A DNA stretch of 64,000 bases from the NCBI GenBank assembly GCA_016210745.1, contig JACQTO010000176.1, positions 6,806 to 70,805 of the forward strand. The letters are read 5' to 3'. A model generated the notes under the pieces. The model worked only from the letters and a program-made list of their open reading frames with translations. It had not been told where the DNA came from and ran no database searches. This DNA comes from Betaproteobacteria bacterium (GTDB lineage: Bacteria > Pseudomonadota > Gammaproteobacteria > Burkholderiales > SG8-39). Of the stretch, positions 51,909 through 60,754 are shown in pieces. The translations under genes and the position numbers were made by a program. Position 1 is the stretch's first letter. Every line of letters begins with the position of its first letter.

Positions 51909-52316
51909 ATGGCAGAAATCAAGACTCTCAATCCCGAGGCGCTCGGGAAAGCCCCCGCCCAGTATTCGCACGTCACGCGGGTGAAGGCCTCGGAGTTCCT
52001 GTTCATCGCCGGCCAAATTGCGAGAGACAAGGCCGGCAACCTGGTCGGAGTGGACAACTTCGAGGCGCAGTGCAGCCAGGTATTCATCAACATCGAGGCC
52101 GCGCTCAAGGCAGCCGGAGCCGGATGGAAGAACGTCGTGCAGTTCACGACCTACATCGTGCATTCGCAGGACATACCGAAGCTGAGGAATTTCCGCGCGA
52201 ACGAATTTCCGAAAATGTTTCCTGACGGAGTTTTTCCGCCGAACACGCTGGTCGTCGCCGATCGGCTGGCGGAAGAGGCGTTGCTCATCGAGGTGCAGAC
52301 GATCGCTGCGCTGTAG
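51909..52316 (+). CDS. RidA/YjgF family protein
   Basis: YSHV, FIAGQ, NIEAALKAAG, PPNTLV, IEVQTIA. Confidence 0.9.
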   Translation: MAEIKTLNPEALGKAPAQYSHVTRVKASEFLFIAGQIARDKAGNLVGVDNFEAQCSQVFINIEAALKAAGAGWKNVVQFTTYIVHSQDIPKLRNFRANEFPKMFPDGVFPPNTLVVADRLAEEALLIEVQTIAAL

Positions 52317-52400
52317 GTCGCTTCGACCTCATGGCCGAACTCGGGGTCGGTTCGCGATCAATTCATGCAGTTACGTAATCCTCGCTAGGCGCGGAAACGC

Positions 52401-53609
52401 TTGCGCCGCCCGTCCGACATTTCCTTCATAGCCGCGCTGGGGTCGATCACCTTGATCGGTCCGCTTGCGGTGCATCTGTACTTGCCGGTAATGCCGGAGG
52501 TCAAAAAGGCCTTTGCCATTTCGGAAGCGCTGGTGGGGCTGACTTTCAGCGCCACGCTTCTGGTCATGGCGATCGTTACTCTGGTTTACGGCTCGCTATC
52601 GGATCGCTACGGCCGGCGGCCGGTGCTGCTCACGGGGCTGATCTTGTTCACCGTCGGCGGCGCCGTTTCAGCCCTCGCGGATTCAGTGGCCGGCTTGATC
52701 GCCGGAAGGATTATTCAGGCCCTGGGCGCCGGCTGCGGCATGACGCTTGCCCGTGTGATAGCGCGCGATGCCTATGGGGCCGATCGCCTTGTGAAAGCGA
52801 TCGCCTATCTGAGCATGGCCTACGCGCTCGGACCCATGCTCTCGCCGCTGTTCGCCGGGATCCTGATCGATACTTGGGGCTGGCGAAGCGCGCTATGGTT
52901 CACCGCATTGTCCGGCGCGGCCATAACGGCGTTGGCATTCGTCGTGCTCTACGAGACGCGTCCTGCCGATGAAGTCGTATCGACGCCCTCGGGGGTCTGG
53001 CGGAACTATGCGGTGCTCATCGCGCACCCGCGTTTCACCGCTTTCGTATTGCAGACAGGATTGTCCACCGCGACTTTTTACGCTATGGCAGCGGCTTCGG
53101 CGTTCCTGATGAAAGACTATCTAGGCCGGTCGGCGACGGAGTTCGGACTGTATTTCGTGTTCTTTCCCGTGGGATTGTTCGCCGGGAATTTGCTTTCGAG
53201 CGTATTGAGCCACCGATTCTCGATTGAAACGATGGTCCTTACGGGATCTGTCATCAACATGGCTGCGGTGATCTCGCAGTCGGCGTTGATTCTCGCGGGG
53301 TATCTAAACCCGCTGATAATTTTCATTCCCGGATTCCTGGTTACCTTCGGTCAGGGACTGGCGCTGCCCAATGCCCAGGCCGGCGCACTTCGGGTGATGC
53401 CCGCACTGGCCGGCACGGCAGCGGGCACCGGCGTGTTTTTCCAGTCGTTCCTGGGCGCGGTTTTTTCTCAGATCTACGGCCTGCTCGCCGATGGCACGCC
53501 CATACCCTTGGTTATCACGGCGTCAGCCGGAGCGGTTCTGACCTTGATTGCAGGATTGACGCCCGTCGTCTTGAAACTCCGGGAGCGCCCCGCGCCAATG
53601 CCTGGCTAG
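52401..53609 (+). CDS. Bcr/CflA family MFS efflux transporter (paralog 1)
   Basis: YGSLSDRYGRRPVLL; hydrophobic 12-TM-like pattern; 402 aa. Confidence 0.92.
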   Translation: MRRPSDISFIAALGSITLIGPLAVHLYLPVMPEVKKAFAISEALVGLTFSATLLVMAIVTLVYGSLSDRYGRRPVLLTGLILFTVGGAVSALADSVAGLIAGRIIQALGAGCGMTLARVIARDAYGADRLVKAIAYLSMAYALGPMLSPLFAGILIDTWGWRSALWFTALSGAAITALAFVVLYETRPADEVVSTPSGVWRNYAVLIAHPRFTAFVLQTGLSTATFYAMAAASAFLMKDYLGRSATEFGLYFVFFPVGLFAGNLLSSVLSHRFSIETMVLTGSVINMAAVISQSALILAGYLNPLIIFIPGFLVTFGQGLALPNAQAGALRVMPALAGTAAGTGVFFQSFLGAVFSQIYGLLADGTPIPLVITASAGAVLTLIAGLTPVVLKLRERPAPMPG

Positions 53610-53722
53610 AGCCGGAGCAGTCCGTCCGTGCCGTCTTGCCCAGGAGATAGTGCCCGAGGCGGGACGATGTCACGGACTTGCGCCGATGACACGCCGCGAA
53701 GCCACCATGACCTTCCCAACCA

Positions 53723-54931
53723 ATGCGCCGCACGCCTAACTTGACTTTCTTGACCGCTCTCGCGTCGATCACCTTGATCGGGCCGTTTGCGGTGCACCTT
53801 TTTCTGCCCGTCATGCCGGAGATCAAGAAAGCATTTGCCATTTCCGAAGCTCTGGTGGGGCTGACTTTCAGCGTCAGCCTCATGGTCATGGCTTTCGCTA
53901 CGCTGGTGTACGGGTCGCTTTCGGATCGCTACGGCCGGCGGCCAGTGCTGCTCGCAGGGCTGGCCTTGTTCACTGTCGGCGGAACCGTGGCTGCCTTTGC
54001 GGGCTCGGTTTCCGGTCTAGTTATCGGGCGGATGATTCAAGCCCTCGGTGCCGGCTGCGGCATCACGCTCGCCCGCGTCATAGCCCGCGATGCCTACGGG
54101 AGCGATAGTCTTGTCAAAGTGATCGCCTATCTGAGTATGGCCGCCACGCTCGGGCCCATGATCTCCCCGCTGATCGGTGGGGTCCTGATCGATACCTTCG
54201 GCTGGCGGAGCGTTCTGTTGTTTGCCGTGCTGGCCGGCGCAATCATTGCGTTGTCGGCTTACGTCGTGCTCTACGAGACCCATCCGGCGAATGAAATCGA
54301 ACCGGGACGCTCAGGGGTCTTGCGTGACTACGCCGTGCTCCTCGCGCATCCGCGCTTCACCGCTTTCGTATTGCAGACGGGATTTGCCACCGGGACTTTT
54401 TTCGCCATGGCAGCCGCATCGTCTTTCCTGATGAAGGACTATCTTGCCCGGTCCGCCACGGAGTTCGGCCTGTATTTCGTTTTGTTTCCATTGGGATTGC
54501 TCGTCGGAAATGTCATTTCGAGCAGGCTAAGCCAGCGTTTCCCGATCGAGAATATGGTTCTTGCGGGGTCCATCATCAACCTGGTGACGATAATTTCTCA
54601 GTCGGCATTGATTTTCGGAGGGTATCTGACCCCGCTGATCATATTCATTCCCGGATTCCTGATTACCTTCGGTCAGGGACTGGCGCTGCCCAATGCTCAG
54701 GCCGGCGCGCTTCGGGTGATGCCAAAGCTGGCCGGCACCGCCGCGGGCATCGGCGTGTTTTTCCAGTCGTTCCTCGGTGCTGTTTTTTCCCAAGTTTACG
54801 GGCTGCTTGCCGATGGCACGCCCATACCCATGGTCATCGCCGTTTCAGTCGGGTCGGTCCTTACTTTTTTTGCAGGACTGACGCCCTTTGTTTTGAAGCG
54901 ACGCGAGCGCGCTGCGGCAGCGCAGCGATGA
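53723..54931 (+). CDS. Bcr/CflA family MFS efflux transporter (paralog 2)
   Basis: Same motifs; 402 aa. Confidence 0.92.
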   Translation: MRRTPNLTFLTALASITLIGPFAVHLFLPVMPEIKKAFAISEALVGLTFSVSLMVMAFATLVYGSLSDRYGRRPVLLAGLALFTVGGTVAAFAGSVSGLVIGRMIQALGAGCGITLARVIARDAYGSDSLVKVIAYLSMAATLGPMISPLIGGVLIDTFGWRSVLLFAVLAGAIIALSAYVVLYETHPANEIEPGRSGVLRDYAVLLAHPRFTAFVLQTGFATGTFFAMAAASSFLMKDYLARSATEFGLYFVLFPLGLLVGNVISSRLSQRFPIENMVLAGSIINLVTIISQSALIFGGYLTPLIIFIPGFLITFGQGLALPNAQAGALRVMPKLAGTAAGIGVFFQSFLGAVFSQVYGLLADGTPIPMVIAVSVGSVLTFFAGLTPFVLKRRERAAAAQR

Positions 54932-54967
54932 GTTTGCAAATGTCCATCCCGTAGGACCAGAGAATCG

Positions 54968-56176
54968 ATGCGCCGCCAGCCTGCCTTCCTCTTTGCAGCC
55001 GCTCTGGTGTCGATCACCCTGATCGACCCGTTTGCGGTGCTCCTTTTTCTGCCCGCTATGCCGGAAGTGAAAAAGGCATTCGCCATTTCGGAGGCGGTGG
55101 TCGGGTTGACTTTGAGCGTCACCCTCTTGGTCATGGCTATCGTTACCCTTTTGTACGGCTCGCTTTCCGATCGCTACGGCCGCCGGCCGGTACTGCTCGC
55201 GGGCCTGGTCTTGTTTACCGCGGGCGGAGCTATTTCGGCCCTCGCGGTCTCGGTCTCCGATCTGATTGCGGGGAGGGTAATTCAGGCCCTGGGCGCAGGC
55301 TGCGGCGTCGCGCTTGCCCGCGTCATCGCCCGGGATGCCTATGGGAGCGATAGTCTTGTCAAAGTGATCGCCTATCTGAGCATGGCCGCCACGCTCGGGC
55401 CCATGATCTCCCCGCTGCTGGGCGGGGCGCTGATCGATACGTTCGGCTGGCGAAGCGTGTTGTGGTTCGCCACGCTGGCCGGCGCACTCATCACGTCGTT
55501 GGCATACGCCGCGCTCTACGAAACCCGCCCGGCGGATGAAATCGAACGGGGACGCACAGGGTTTCTCCGGAATTACGCCGCGCTCTTCGCGCATCCGCGC
55601 TTCACCGCCTTCGTATTGCAGACCGGATTATCCACCGGGACTTTTTACGCGATGGCATCCGCGTCGGCGTTCCTGATGAAAGATTATATGAGCCGGTCCG
55701 CGACTGAATTCGGGCTGTATTTCGTCTTGTTTCCGGTAGGATTATTCATCGGTCATCTGCTCTCGGGCAGGCTGAGCCGGCGATTCTCGATTGAAAACAT
55801 GGTCCTTACGGGATCGCTCATCAATCTGACGGCGGTCATCGCGCAGTCGGCGCTGATACTTGCAGGGTATCTGACGCCGCTGATAATTTTTGTTCCCGGA
55901 TTCTTGCTTACTTTCGGCCAGGGCTTGGCGCTGCCGAATGCGCAGGCCGGTGCGCTCCGGGTGATCCCGGGGCTCTCCGGTACGGCGGCGGGCATCGGCG
56001 TGTTTTTCCAGTTGTTGCTTGGGGCTGTATTTTCCCAAGTCTACGGCCTGCTTGCCGATGGCACGCCGATCCCTATGCTTATCGTCGTTTCAGTCGGGTC
56101 GGTTCTGACTTTGCTTGCCGGATCAACGCCTTTCCTATTAAAACGCCGGGAGCGCGCTGCGGTATCGCCTCGATAG
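54968..56176 (+). CDS. Bcr/CflA family MFS efflux transporter (paralog 3)
   Basis: Same motifs; 402 aa. Confidence 0.92.
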   Translation: MRRQPAFLFAAALVSITLIDPFAVLLFLPAMPEVKKAFAISEAVVGLTLSVTLLVMAIVTLLYGSLSDRYGRRPVLLAGLVLFTAGGAISALAVSVSDLIAGRVIQALGAGCGVALARVIARDAYGSDSLVKVIAYLSMAATLGPMISPLLGGALIDTFGWRSVLWFATLAGALITSLAYAALYETRPADEIERGRTGFLRNYAALFAHPRFTAFVLQTGLSTGTFYAMASASAFLMKDYMSRSATEFGLYFVLFPVGLFIGHLLSGRLSRRFSIENMVLTGSLINLTAVIAQSALILAGYLTPLIIFVPGFLLTFGQGLALPNAQAGALRVIPGLSGTAAGIGVFFQLLLGAVFSQVYGLLADGTPIPMLIVVSVGSVLTLLAGSTPFLLKRRERAAVSPR

Positions 56177-56374
56177 AACTGCAGGCGTCCATCGCACGGG
56201 GAGCCGAGACGATGCCAGTGGTGACTCGGGCACAGGCAGCGGCGCCGTGGCCGGCAGATCGGGGAGCGCCGCCACCCGATTTGCCGACGACACGGCGGGC
56301 GGCTTGAGTTTTCCCAATTTACTGCCGACAGCAAACTCCGCAAAGCTTGCGAGGTGCGTGACATGGGTCTAAAA

Positions 56375-56402
56375 TGTGTAAGATTAAGAGAAATGATACA
56401 CA
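56375..56402. promoter_or_regulatory. Putative vapBC autorepression operator
   Basis: Inverted repeat TGTGTA-N16-TACACA immediately before the vapB ATG. Confidence 0.5.
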
Positions 56403-56404
56403 CC

Positions 56405-56599
56405 ATGCGCACCAACATTGTGATTGACGACAAGCTTATGAAAGACGTGCTCCGGGCGACCGGGATAAAGACCAAGCGGGAAGCGGTCGAGCTTGGGCTC
56501 CGCACGTTGCTTCGGTTGCGGCAACAAGAGGAGATACGGCGCTTCCGCGGCAAGCTCAACTGGGAAGGCGACCTTGACGCGATGAGGACCGACAAGTGA
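56405..56599 (+). CDS. vapB: VapB family antitoxin
   Basis: MRTNIVIDDKLM...KTKREAVELGL; GTGA overlap with the PIN toxin gene. Confidence 0.9.
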   Translation: MRTNIVIDDKLMKDVLRATGIKTKREAVELGLRTLLRLRQQEEIRRFRGKLNWEGDLDAMRTDK

Positions 56600-56997
56600 T
56601 CTTGGTTGATTCCAGCGTCTGGATCGATTACTTCCGGGGAACCACGACGCCGCAGGTGGAAAAGCTGGACTCGTTGCTCGGTACGGAGCCGATTGTGACA
56701 GGTGACCTAATCTTGACGGAGGTGCTGCAAGGCTTTGTCAGCGACCGCGACTTCAATCAGGCCAAGAAGCTCATGACTTCGTTGGTAGTCGTAGACATGG
56801 TGGGGCAAGACATAGCCATTCAAGCCGCCAAGAACTTCCGTGCGCTGCGTGCTGTTGGGATTACGATGCGTAAGACGATTGATACAGTGATTGCTACACG
56901 TTGCATCGAGAGCGGTTTGCCTCTCCTGTACAGCGACAGAGACTTCGATCCGTTCATTGAGCACCTTGGCCTTCGCTCGGCGCTGCCCGCAGCGTAA
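56596..56997 (+). CDS. vapC: VapC PIN-domain toxin
   Basis: ILVDSSVWIDYF, EVLQG, IDTVIA, SDRDF. Confidence 0.92.
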   Translation: MILVDSSVWIDYFRGTTTPQVEKLDSLLGTEPIVTGDLILTEVLQGFVSDRDFNQAKKLMTSLVVVDMVGQDIAIQAAKNFRALRAVGITMRKTIDTVIATRCIESGLPLLYSDRDFDPFIEHLGLRSALPAA

Positions 56998-57075
56998 GGA
57001 AACTCTGCAAAACCCGGATTTCGCCACCCCCCGCGAAGGCGGGGTCCAGTCGAATCAAGCACTTTCCGAATTTGG

Positions 57076-58128
57076 TCAGGGCTTCTTGACGAGCAGCTTC
57101 CTGATCCAGCCGTCGCCTTTGGACCCCGTGACCTTGAGGTAGCCGTTTTGCTCTTGTCCGAGATAAAGCACCTCGTCGCCGCGGGCGAGCGACATCAACT
57201 CGGGAGCCCCGTCTTCCGGCGCTTTGAGCACTTTGACGCCCGCAATTTTCGGCACGAGAATGTCGCCCTCCGCGGCGGCGCCGGCTTGCACGCTTGCCGC
57301 AGCATTAGCCTGCGAGGCCGGTCCGGCCTTGGCCTGGATCAGTGACTGGTTATTGCGGATCGCGCGGACGATGTTGTTCCAGTTGTCGAGGAACGAGGCG
57401 GTGATGACCTTGCCCTCGTTGGTGTTGGTGTAGCCGCCCAGTGCCGCGCCGCCGCCGCCGCCAAACAGCGCGCCGCCCAGATTGAAGTCGGTCTGCTTCG
57501 CGCTGCCCTCTGCCGCGGCCACCTGAATTCCCGAGCGCGCATCCACGAGCAGCATGCTCGTCTGCGCTTCCTTGAACTTCAGGCCCCCGGCTACTGCGCC
57601 GATCACTGCGCCCGCGCCACCGAATCGGCCCAGAAGCCCGCCGATCCCGCCGCCAACGCCGCCGGCATTGTTTTCGCTGAAGACGACGTTCGGCGTAACC
57701 ACGAATTCTGCTGCAACCATCTGGCCCTTGCCAATGTTCTGGCCGGACTGCAGCTCCCCGCTTTGCGCGAGCGCGCGCTCCTGCATCAGATTATTCATCG
57801 CAACGCCGCGCTCGACGATCTGGAAGCAATTCGACTGCTGCACGATCATGCGGATCAGTCCGGTGGGCGACTGCAGGCCATAGCGACGCAGGCTGGCGAG
57901 GAGCTGGCTCTGCGGCTCGACCACCGCCAGAGTTCCCTTGGGCGAATCGCATTTCTCGAGCTGGACCGACGCATTCTGGGCGCCGCCGGGTCCTGCGCTG
58001 CCGGTGGCGATTGATCCACCTCTGCCAAGTTCCTGCGCCAGTGTGGCCGGCGGAACAAGACATGCGGCCAATGCCAAGGCACCGGCGGTTTGCCAGACGG
58101 TGGAACAACTACGAGTCTCCTGGGACAT
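57076..58128 (-). CDS. CsgG/HfaB-like protein with a C-terminal SH3-like domain
   Basis: Signal peptide; QSNCFQIVERG..ERAL..SGE; C-terminal GYLKV...GWI. Confidence 0.75.
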   Translation of the reverse strand: MSQETRSCSTVWQTAGALALAACLVPPATLAQELGRGGSIATGSAGPGGAQNASVQLEKCDSPKGTLAVVEPQSQLLASLRRYGLQSPTGLIRMIVQQSNCFQIVERGVAMNNLMQERALAQSGELQSGQNIGKGQMVAAEFVVTPNVVFSENNAGGVGGGIGGLLGRFGGAGAVIGAVAGGLKFKEAQTSMLLVDARSGIQVAAAEGSAKQTDFNLGGALFGGGGGAALGGYTNTNEGKVITASFLDNWNNIVRAIRNNQSLIQAKAGPASQANAAASVQAGAAAEGDILVPKIAGVKVLKAPEDGAPELMSLARGDEVLYLGQEQNGYLKVTGSKGDGWIRKLLVKKP

Positions 58129-58348
58129 GGCTCACTCCTCGGGGCGAACGGTGAATAGACACGGAATTGCGAAACGGTCAATCCCCTCGAGGTCCAAAGT
58201 CGGCGCGCCGCTATGTGGAAAGCGAGGGCGAGGCGGCATCTTTAAAGGACACACGACCCGTCTTGTATTCATATAAGACACCCCCTCCCACAGATACCCG
58301 GACCTCAAGTGCAATTCATTACCAAGTATATATGCTTCAAAACCTCCG

Positions 58349-59329
58349 TCATTTCGCCGCCGCAACCGCCGCGACCCGTCGGGCGACCGGCGCCCACTTG
58401 TTCACTTCGTTCTGCATGAATTCGGTGGCTTCGGCCGGCGTCATCGCCTTGGTCTGAACCATCTCGTTCTCCAGGTGTTTGCGCACCTCGGGCAGATCCA
58501 TGGCCTTGTTCACCGCCGCATTGAGCGCGTTGACGATGTCGCGCGGCAGGCCCGCCGGACCGGCGAGCGAATACCAGGTGGTGACGACGAGGTCGCGATA
58601 GCCCAACTCGGCCAGTGTCGGCAGATCGGGGAACGCCGGCACGCGGCGCGCCGATGACACCGCGAGCGGCTTGAGCTTTCCGGCGAGGATGTGCGGCCGC
58701 GTGGTCGAGAGCGTCATGCTGCCGACCTTGAGGTGTCCCGCAACCAGGTCCACGATTGCGGAGCCGCCGCCGCGGTAGGTCACGTGCACGAGCTTGAAGT
58801 TCTCTTTTTCGGCGATGTACTCGGCGACCATGTTGCCGACGGAGCCGATGCTGGGGGAACCATATTGCACGCCATCGGCCTGGCTCTTCATCATCCCCAG
58901 CAGCTCCTTGAAGCTGCTGACGCCTGAGGACGGATGCACGACGAAGACATTCGGTGGCCCGCCGAGATAGGCGATGTGGGTGAAATCGCGGATCGGGTCG
59001 ACGTTTGCGTTCTTGTTCATCACCGGCGCCAGCACGTGCGATGGCATGCCGGCAATCTGCAGGGTGTAGCCATCCGGGGCCGACCTTGCCACCGATTCGG
59101 TGCCGATCATGCCGCCGCCGCCGGTGCGGTTCTCGACGAGAAATGGCTGGCCGAGGGCCTTCCTCAACTGTTCGGCGAACACCCGGCCGAGCAGATCGGC
59201 GGCACCGCCGGCGGCATAGGGAACCACCACGCGTACCGGCTTGGTGGGCCAGTCAGCCGCAAGGGCGACACTGGACAGCAATGACAGGGCGCTTACGGCC
59301 CCGGCGAAAACGACATGTGCTCGCTTCAT
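58349..59329 (-). CDS. Bug/TctC substrate-binding protein
   Basis: WPTKPVRVVVPYAAGGAAD, ENRTGGGG, PDGYTL. Confidence 0.92.
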   Translation of the reverse strand: MKRAHVVFAGAVSALSLLSSVALAADWPTKPVRVVVPYAAGGAADLLGRVFAEQLRKALGQPFLVENRTGGGGMIGTESVARSAPDGYTLQIAGMPSHVLAPVMNKNANVDPIRDFTHIAYLGGPPNVFVVHPSSGVSSFKELLGMMKSQADGVQYGSPSIGSVGNMVAEYIAEKENFKLVHVTYRGGGSAIVDLVAGHLKVGSMTLSTTRPHILAGKLKPLAVSSARRVPAFPDLPTLAELGYRDLVVTTWYSLAGPAGLPRDIVNALNAAVNKAMDLPEVRKHLENEMVQTKAMTPAEATEFMQNEVNKWAPVARRVAAVAAAK

Positions 59330-59393
59330 CCTTTTTCTCCCGCGCTATCGGATCTGCTCTCATTCTATTGCATCACGAGTAGATGCGGACCCA

Positions 59394-59539
59394 TTAGTCG
59401 CCTACAAGTTTACTGTTGACCGATTTGGCGAAGATTTGCTTTCCAAATCCGTCTCCCCCTTTTCGTGCAGTTGCAAGCAACTGCACGAAAAGGGGGAGAT
59501 TGATAAACAGCCAATTCAACTTGCTTGGTTCCGGCTCAG
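59394..59539 (+). repeat. Repeat family A copy A7
   Basis: TTAG-TCGCCTAC...; perfect 23-bp stem at 59452-59499; ends TCCGGC-TCAG. Confidence 0.92.
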
Positions 59540-59706
59540 CCCATTTCTCTTCGGCGAGATTGACACCATCGCCGCAAAGAGTAGCATCAATGACTTTTTG
59601 CGTGCCTCGTTTCTCCCCATAGCCGAACCGATCGCCCGCCTGCGCGGATTACCCACATGAATCGGCAGTTCGATTTTGGTTCAGCATCCAAGAGTGCGCC
59701 CTCGCC

Positions 59707-60594
59707 ATGAACCTCACCTCCGGCCAGCGATTCCGCCTGGCGCTGCAAGAAGAGCAGCCGCTGCAGATTGTCGGCGCCATCAACGCCAACCACGCGTTGC
59801 TGGCGCAGCGCGCCGGCTACCGTGCCATCTACCTCTCCGGCGGCGGTGTGGCCGCGGGATCCTTGGGGATGCCCGATCTGGGCATCAACACGCTCGATGA
59901 CGTGCTCGTGGATGTGCGCCGCATCACCGACGTTTGCGACGTGCCTTTGCTGGTGGACATCGACACCGGCTTCGGCCCCAGCGCATTCAACATCGCGCGC
60001 ACGGTCAAGAGCCTGATCCGCTCAAGCGCGGCAGCCTGCCACATCGAAGACCAGGTTGGGGCCAAGCGCTGCGGCCACCGGCCCGGCAAGGAAATCGTGC
60101 CGGTCGACGAGATGGTGGACCGCGTCAAAGCCGCTGTCGATGCCCGCGGCGATGAAAGCTTCTTCATCATCGCCCGCACCGATTCGATCGCCCGGGAAGG
60201 CGTCGATGCCGCGCTGGAACGCGCCATGCGTTATGTGGAAGCAGGCGCCGACGGTGTTTTCCCGGAAGCCGCACGCGACTTGCCGACGTTCAAGCGCTTC
60301 ACGCAGCAAGTGGGCAGGCCGGTGCTGGCCAACATGACGGAATTCGGTCAAACACCGCTATTCACCGTGGACCAATTGCGCTCGGCGTCGGTGGCCATGA
60401 TTCTTTATCCCTTGAGCGCTTTTCGCGCCATGAACAAAGCTGCGGAAGCGGTCTACGAGACCATTCGCCGCGACGGTACGCAGCAGGCTGCGGTCGCGGC
60501 GATGCAGACTCGCGAAGAGCTCTATGAACGCATTGGCTATCACGCGTATGAACAAAGGCTCGATGCGCTGTTCGCCAAACGCGACGGGAGCTGA
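59707..60594 (+). CDS. prpB: 2-methylisocitrate lyase
   Basis: [36 protein letters not shown]. Confidence 0.95.
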   Translation: MNLTSGQRFRLALQEEQPLQIVGAINANHALLAQRAGYRAIYLSGGGVAAGSLGMPDLGINTLDDVLVDVRRITDVCDVPLLVDIDTGFGPSAFNIARTVKSLIRSSAAACHIEDQVGAKRCGHRPGKEIVPVDEMVDRVKAAVDARGDESFFIIARTDSIAREGVDAALERAMRYVEAGADGVFPEAARDLPTFKRFTQQVGRPVLANMTEFGQTPLFTVDQLRSASVAMILYPLSAFRAMNKAAEAVYETIRRDGTQQAAVAAMQTREELYERIGYHAYEQRLDALFAKRDGS

Positions 60595-60596
60595 TC

Positions 60597-60753
60597 CTAA
60601 GCCGGACGAGCCGGAACCAGTGAAGCTGGTTTTGCCCTTTATCAATCTCCCCTTTTCATGCAGTTGCGTGCAACTGCATGAAAAGGGGAGACGAATTTGG
60701 AAACCAAATCTTTCTTCGCCAAATCTGTCAACAGTACACTTGTAAGAGACTAA
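60597..60753 (-). repeat. Repeat family A copy A8 (reverse orientation, full length)
   Basis: CTAA at both ends; perfect 22-bp stem at 60646-60691. Confidence 0.92.
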
Positions 60754-60754
60754 T

